Assembly: GCF_000372725.1 (NCBI RefSeq)
Contig: NW_005201318.1
Coordinates: forward strand, 164,342 to 227,695
From: Emiliania huxleyi CCMP1516
Lineage: Eukaryota
Reading direction: 5' to 3'
Length of the DNA stretch: 63,354 nt
Position numbers and translations under genes: made by a program. The stretch's first letter is position 1. Every line of letters begins with the position of its first letter. Below are positions 59,101 to 63,354 of this stretch, in pieces. The notes under the pieces were generated by a model, which made no database searches, was not told the DNA's origin, and worked only from the letters and a program-made list of their open reading frames with translations.

Positions 59101-62100
59101 TGCAACCCCGCACAGGGTAGATGCAAGCGGTGCTGTTGTGGAGGTTCACCGCCGCGCTGTAGCTGGTCGCGAGCGGGTCGGCGCAGCCGACCACCGGTGC
59201 CGTGCACAAGGCGGGGTCGGGCTCGGTAGCGAGCGGGTCGAAGGTGAGCGCGGCGGGGTCGGTGCAGCCGCGGATGGCCCAGGTGCAAGCCGCGCCCTCC
59301 ATTGTTGTGGCCGTGTCGTCGAAGTTGACCGCCGAGCTCGCCATACAGCCAGACACTCGCGGCACGCAGCTCCCCTCAACGTTGGCAATCGGATTGTAGT
59401 TGAGCGCGGTCGAGTTCATGCAGCCGATGACATCGTACCAGCAGCGCCCCGAGAAAGCGACCGCCTCCGAGTCAAAGTTGCTCGCCAGCGAGTCGGTGCA
59501 GCCCGTGGAGATTTCTGGCCTTGGCACCGGCTCCTCGGCGAAGCGCCGGCGCGTCGCGATCTCTCTCTGCTTGCCGGGCGCCCCGAGTCTCGCGCGCGCG
59601 CGCAGGGGGCTGAGCACCTCGTCGAGGGACGCTACCCCTGTGCCCGCCGCCTCACTCTCTCGCCCAGCCGCCGCCTGCGCGGGCGAGCCGGCCGTCGCTT
59701 GCAGCGCGCGCCTGCCTCCTCCCCCGCTGCCAAGGCCGAACATGTCGAAGAAATCTGCGTTGTTATCGGCGCACCCCCTGGCGAAGCTGTTGCCGATGAT
59801 GTCGTTCAGGAACGGCTGCGTGTTCAGCGCCTCGGCCGCCTCGGTGTAGAGGTCCTCAAGGGCAGCCTTGCTGGTCACGTCGAACCAGCCGCGCGTCGAN
59901 NNNNNNNNNNNNNNNNNNNNNNNNNNNNNNNNNNNNNNNNNNNNNNNNNNNNNNNNNNNNNNNNNNNNNNNNNNNNNNNNNNNNNNNNNNNNNNNNNNNN
60001 NNNNNNNNNNNNNNNNNNNNNNNNNNNNNNNNNNNNNNNNNNNNNNNNNNNNNNNNNNNNNNNNNNNNNNNNNNNNNNNNNNNNNNNNNNNNNNNNNNNN
60101 NNNNNNNNNNNNNNNNNNNNNNNNNNNNNNNNNNNNNNNNNNNNNNNNNNNNNNNNNNNNNNNNNNNNNNNNNNNNNNNNNNNNNNNNNNNNNNNNNNNN
60201 NNNNNNNNNNNNNNNNNNNNNNNNNNNNNNNNNNNNNNNNNNNNNNNNNNNNNNNNNNNNNNNNNNNNNNNNNNNNNNNNNNNNNNNNNNNNNNNNNNNN
60301 NNNNNNNNNNNNNNNNNNNNNNNNNNNNNNNNNNNNNNNNNNNNNNNNNNNNNNNNNNNNNNNNNNNNNNNNNNNNNNNNNNNNNNNNNNNNNNNNNNNN
60401 NNNNNNNNNNNNNNNNNNNNNNNNNNNNNNNNAGACGCAGCAGCCGACAATCTTTGGCCGGCAAGAGCCGTCGTCGAGGCAAGGTAGCCCTGCTGCGGCC
60501 CCGCACGTGTCGTCGTAGTTCGGGGCGTCCGACTGGGCGCAGGCGAAGCGGAAGCAGGACCCATCGTCGGAGGTCGCGTTCGGCATGTAGTTTGCCGCGT
60601 TCGAGTTCGTGCATCCAAACGTGGGAAAGTCGCACGCGGTGCCGTTGGTGTCGACGACGACGGACTGGTTGTTGGCGTTGGTGCGGTCGTCGTAATTGTC
60701 GGCGCGCGGGTTGGGGCACCCAAAGTAGAGGCACGAGTCGTCGTCTCGATTCGCCAGCGGGCGGTAGTTGAGCGCCGCGGCGTCCGTGCACCCGAGCACC
60801 GCGTCCACGCAGCTGCCGTCGTCCACCGTCGCCTCGGAGTCGAAGTTGAGCGCGCCGGGCCGCGTGCAGCCGGGCACGCGAAAGATGCAGCTACCGTCGT
60901 CCGCGGTGGCGTCGGCGAGGTAGTTCAGGGCGCTCGAGTTCGTGCATCCAAACGTAGGAAAGTCGCACGAGCCGTCGTCTCGATTCGCCGACGAACGGTA
61001 GTTGAGGGCCAGGGAGGCCATGCAGCCAGGAATCTCCGGCACGCACGAGTCGTCGGGCACGGTGGCCAACGAGTTGTAGTTCACGGCCGACGAGTTGGTG
61101 CATCCCTCCACGGTGTACTCGCACGGCGCGTCCGGGTTGGGCTCGTTCGCGAGCGGGTCGTAGTTGTCCGCGGCCGGGTCCTCGCAGCCGGGCCGCGCCT
61201 CCACGCAGGAGCCGTCGTCCTCGTTCGCCGCCGAATTGAAGTTAACGGCGGTGGCGTTCAGGCAGCCCGGCACGGGGTAGACGCACGAGTCGTCGAGGAT
61301 CTGAGCCTCCGAGTCAAAATTGAGGGCGGCCGTGTCGACACAGCCTTCCACCAGGAAGACGCACGGGTTCTGCGGGTCGTCCGTGTTCGCGTCGGGCCGG
61401 TAGTTTGATGCCGACGAATTTTGGCATCCGAGGACTGCAAACACGCACGAGCCGTCGTACACGGTGGCCTCCGAGTTGTAGTTCAGCGCCTGCGAGAAGA
61501 CGCAACCGTACACCTCGAAGGCGCACGACCCGTCGTCAACGTCCGCGAACGAGTTGTAATTGTCGGCGCCTGCGGGAGGGCTCGGGAGGGTGGGTTCGGG
61601 TACCGTGGGGTAGGGGAGGGTAATTGTCGGTGCCTGCGGGAGGGCTCCACCTCGTGAGCTGTCTTGTGTGCTGTGATCTGTGCGTCCAGCAGTCCGGACC
61701 CAGTGATGCGGCCGGTGACAGCGTGCCTCGAGTCGGCTCCCGAGCCAATCGTGTGCAGCGTGTGTGTGTGCGCGTGTGGGCCCGTCCTCCATGCTCGGAG
61801 GTGTGTCACACTGACTGACTGACTGCGGGAGGGCTACGGCGCGGGCTAAGCTCCAGGCGAGGACAGCGGTGCAGCATCGCGCCCCCCAGAGTGCACTCTC
61901 GGCCAATCTCGCGTGATCTCGGCTACATCTCGCTTGTATTCGTGCAGCCAAAGACGGGGAACTCGCACGAGCCGTCGTTGACGGTCGCCTGGGAGTTGTA
62001 GTTGGCGGCGGAGGACGCGGTGCAGCCGCGGATGTTTGGAATGCACGAGCCGTCGTCGTTCGTCGCGTTCGGGCTGTAGTTCAGGGCTGTCGAGTTGGTG

Positions 62101-63354
62101 CACCCGTCGGGGAAGATGCACGTCCCGTCATCCACCGTTGCGTTCGAGTTGTAATTCACGGCGAGGGGCGACGTGCAGCCGGAGACGTTGGCGACGCACG
62201 GGCACGAGATCTCCGCGTACGAGATCGGAACAGCCTCGCACCCCGCCTCCGCCTCGGGGAAGAAGTTCAGGGCGGTGCTACGAGTCAAGAGCCACGTCGT
62301 GATTCATTCCGTCACGGATCGACCGAGTGCTACGCGCTACCATGTTGACTCAAGTGCTACGAAGGAATGAGTGCTACGGGCTGGGTAGGACCTGTCGAGG
62401 CAGCCGTACACGGTGAACGTGCAGCTGCCGTCGTCAACCCCAGCGAGGGAGTCGTAGTTGTCCGCCGCGGGGTTTGTGCAGCCCACCTTGGGCGGCGGCG
62501 GGGGCGAGGCCGGCGGCGGCGGCGGCGACGGTAAGACCAGCGGCGGCAGAGGCGGGAAGGGTGGAGGTGGAATGGCCGGCGGCGTCGGCGGAGAGGGGGG
62601 CGGTAGCACAGGCGGCGGTGACAAAGGCGGCAGCGGCGGCGACGGCGGCGGCACAGAGGGCGGCGTCGGTGCCTTGCCCGGAGGGTGCGGCGGCGGCGGC
62701 ATCGGCGCCTTGCCCGGCGGGAAGGGCGGCGGCGTCGGTGCCTTGCCCGGAGGGTGAGGAGGCGGGGCGGGGGCTTCGCCCGGCGGGAAGGGCGGCGGCG
62801 TCGGCGCCTTGCCCGGCGGGAAGGGCGGCGGCGTCGGCGCCTTGCCCGGAGGGTGAGGAGGCGGGGCGGGGGCTTCGCCCGGCGGGAAGGGCGGCGGCGT
62901 CGGCGCCTTGCCCGGCGGGAAGGGCGGCGGCGTCGGCGCCTTGCCCGGAGGGTGAGGAGGCGGGGCGGGGGCTTCGCCCGGCGGGAAGGGCGGCGGCGTC
63001 GGCGCCTTGCCTGGAGGGTACGGCGGCGGCGTCGGCGCCTTGCCCGGCGGGAAGGGCGGCGGCGTCGGTGCCTTGCCCGGAGGGTGAGGAGGCGGGGCGG
63101 GGGCTTCGCCCGGCGGGAAGGGCGGCGGCGTCGGCGCCTTGCCTGGAGGGTACGGCGGCGGCGTCGGCGCCTTCTCCGGAGGGTGAGGAGGCGACGAGGG
63201 CGGGGCTGGCGGCGGTGGCGACGAGGGCGAGGCCGACGGTGGCGGCGGCGACGGCGAAGCCGACGGTGGCGGAGAGGGCGAGGCCGACGGTGGCGGCGGA
63301 GAGGGCGAGGGCGACGGCGGCGGCGTCGGTGCCTTGCCCGGAGGGTGCGGCGGC
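56109..63354 (-). CDS. Giant Cys/Asp-rich repeat (GCxx..A.NY...A..DDGSC) surface protein with a Pro-rich stalk and C-terminal multi-TM region; 5' end outside the window
   Basis: Dozens of GCT(D/N)xxAxN(Y/F)...DDGSC units across 58020-62490. RRALQ motif. Several hydrophobic segments in 56300-57300. Two gaps. Confidence 0.85.
62680..63190. repeat. Coding minisatellite encoding PP(F/H/Y)PPG(K/E)AP(T/A)P units
   Basis: Repeated GGCGGCGGCGTCGG(C/T)GCCTTGCCCGG(C/A)GGG 33-bp units with higher-order duplication. Confidence 0.9.

Overview
This is a very GC-rich, intron-rich eukaryotic scaffold with several N gaps. Frequent GC-AG introns, ATCTCGGCC-type 10-mer repeats, an F-box/RCC1 gene and Pro-rich surface proteins suggest a haptophyte such as Emiliania (Gephyrocapsa) huxleyi (inference). 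Recognisable host genes are an FHA-BRCT-ATP-dependent DNA ligase fusion, F-box/RCC1, Nup35/Nup53, prefoldin 3, a MAP10-like protein, a Myb plus Zn-knuckle factor, RPL3, a beta-lactamase-like serine hydrolase, an ion-channel/adenylyl cyclase fusion, a membrane-anchored GH5 mannanase-fold protein, a cupredoxin-PAN surface protein, a WW/RRM protein and a giant GC-repeat membrane protein. The window is dense in mobile DNA whose ends can be read from the sequence: two LINE families with (TTTC)n and (TTACC)n tails and TSDs, CRE-clade fragments, a Helentron/HINE-like family (one copy carrying a 480-aa ZZ-finger ORF), an 11-bp-TIR/8-bp-TSD transposon with CTGACAG arrays (two copies), a MULE-like foldback and a TA-TSD MITE. 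The most notable observations are two adjacent apparent pseudoenzymes (GH5 lacking both catalytic Glu; cyclase lacking canonical metal-binding Asp), the FHA-BRCT-LigE-like ligase, the cargo-carrying rolling-circle-type element, and repeated insertions at the Nup35 start codon. All family assignments come from motif recognition by eye; no database searches were run.
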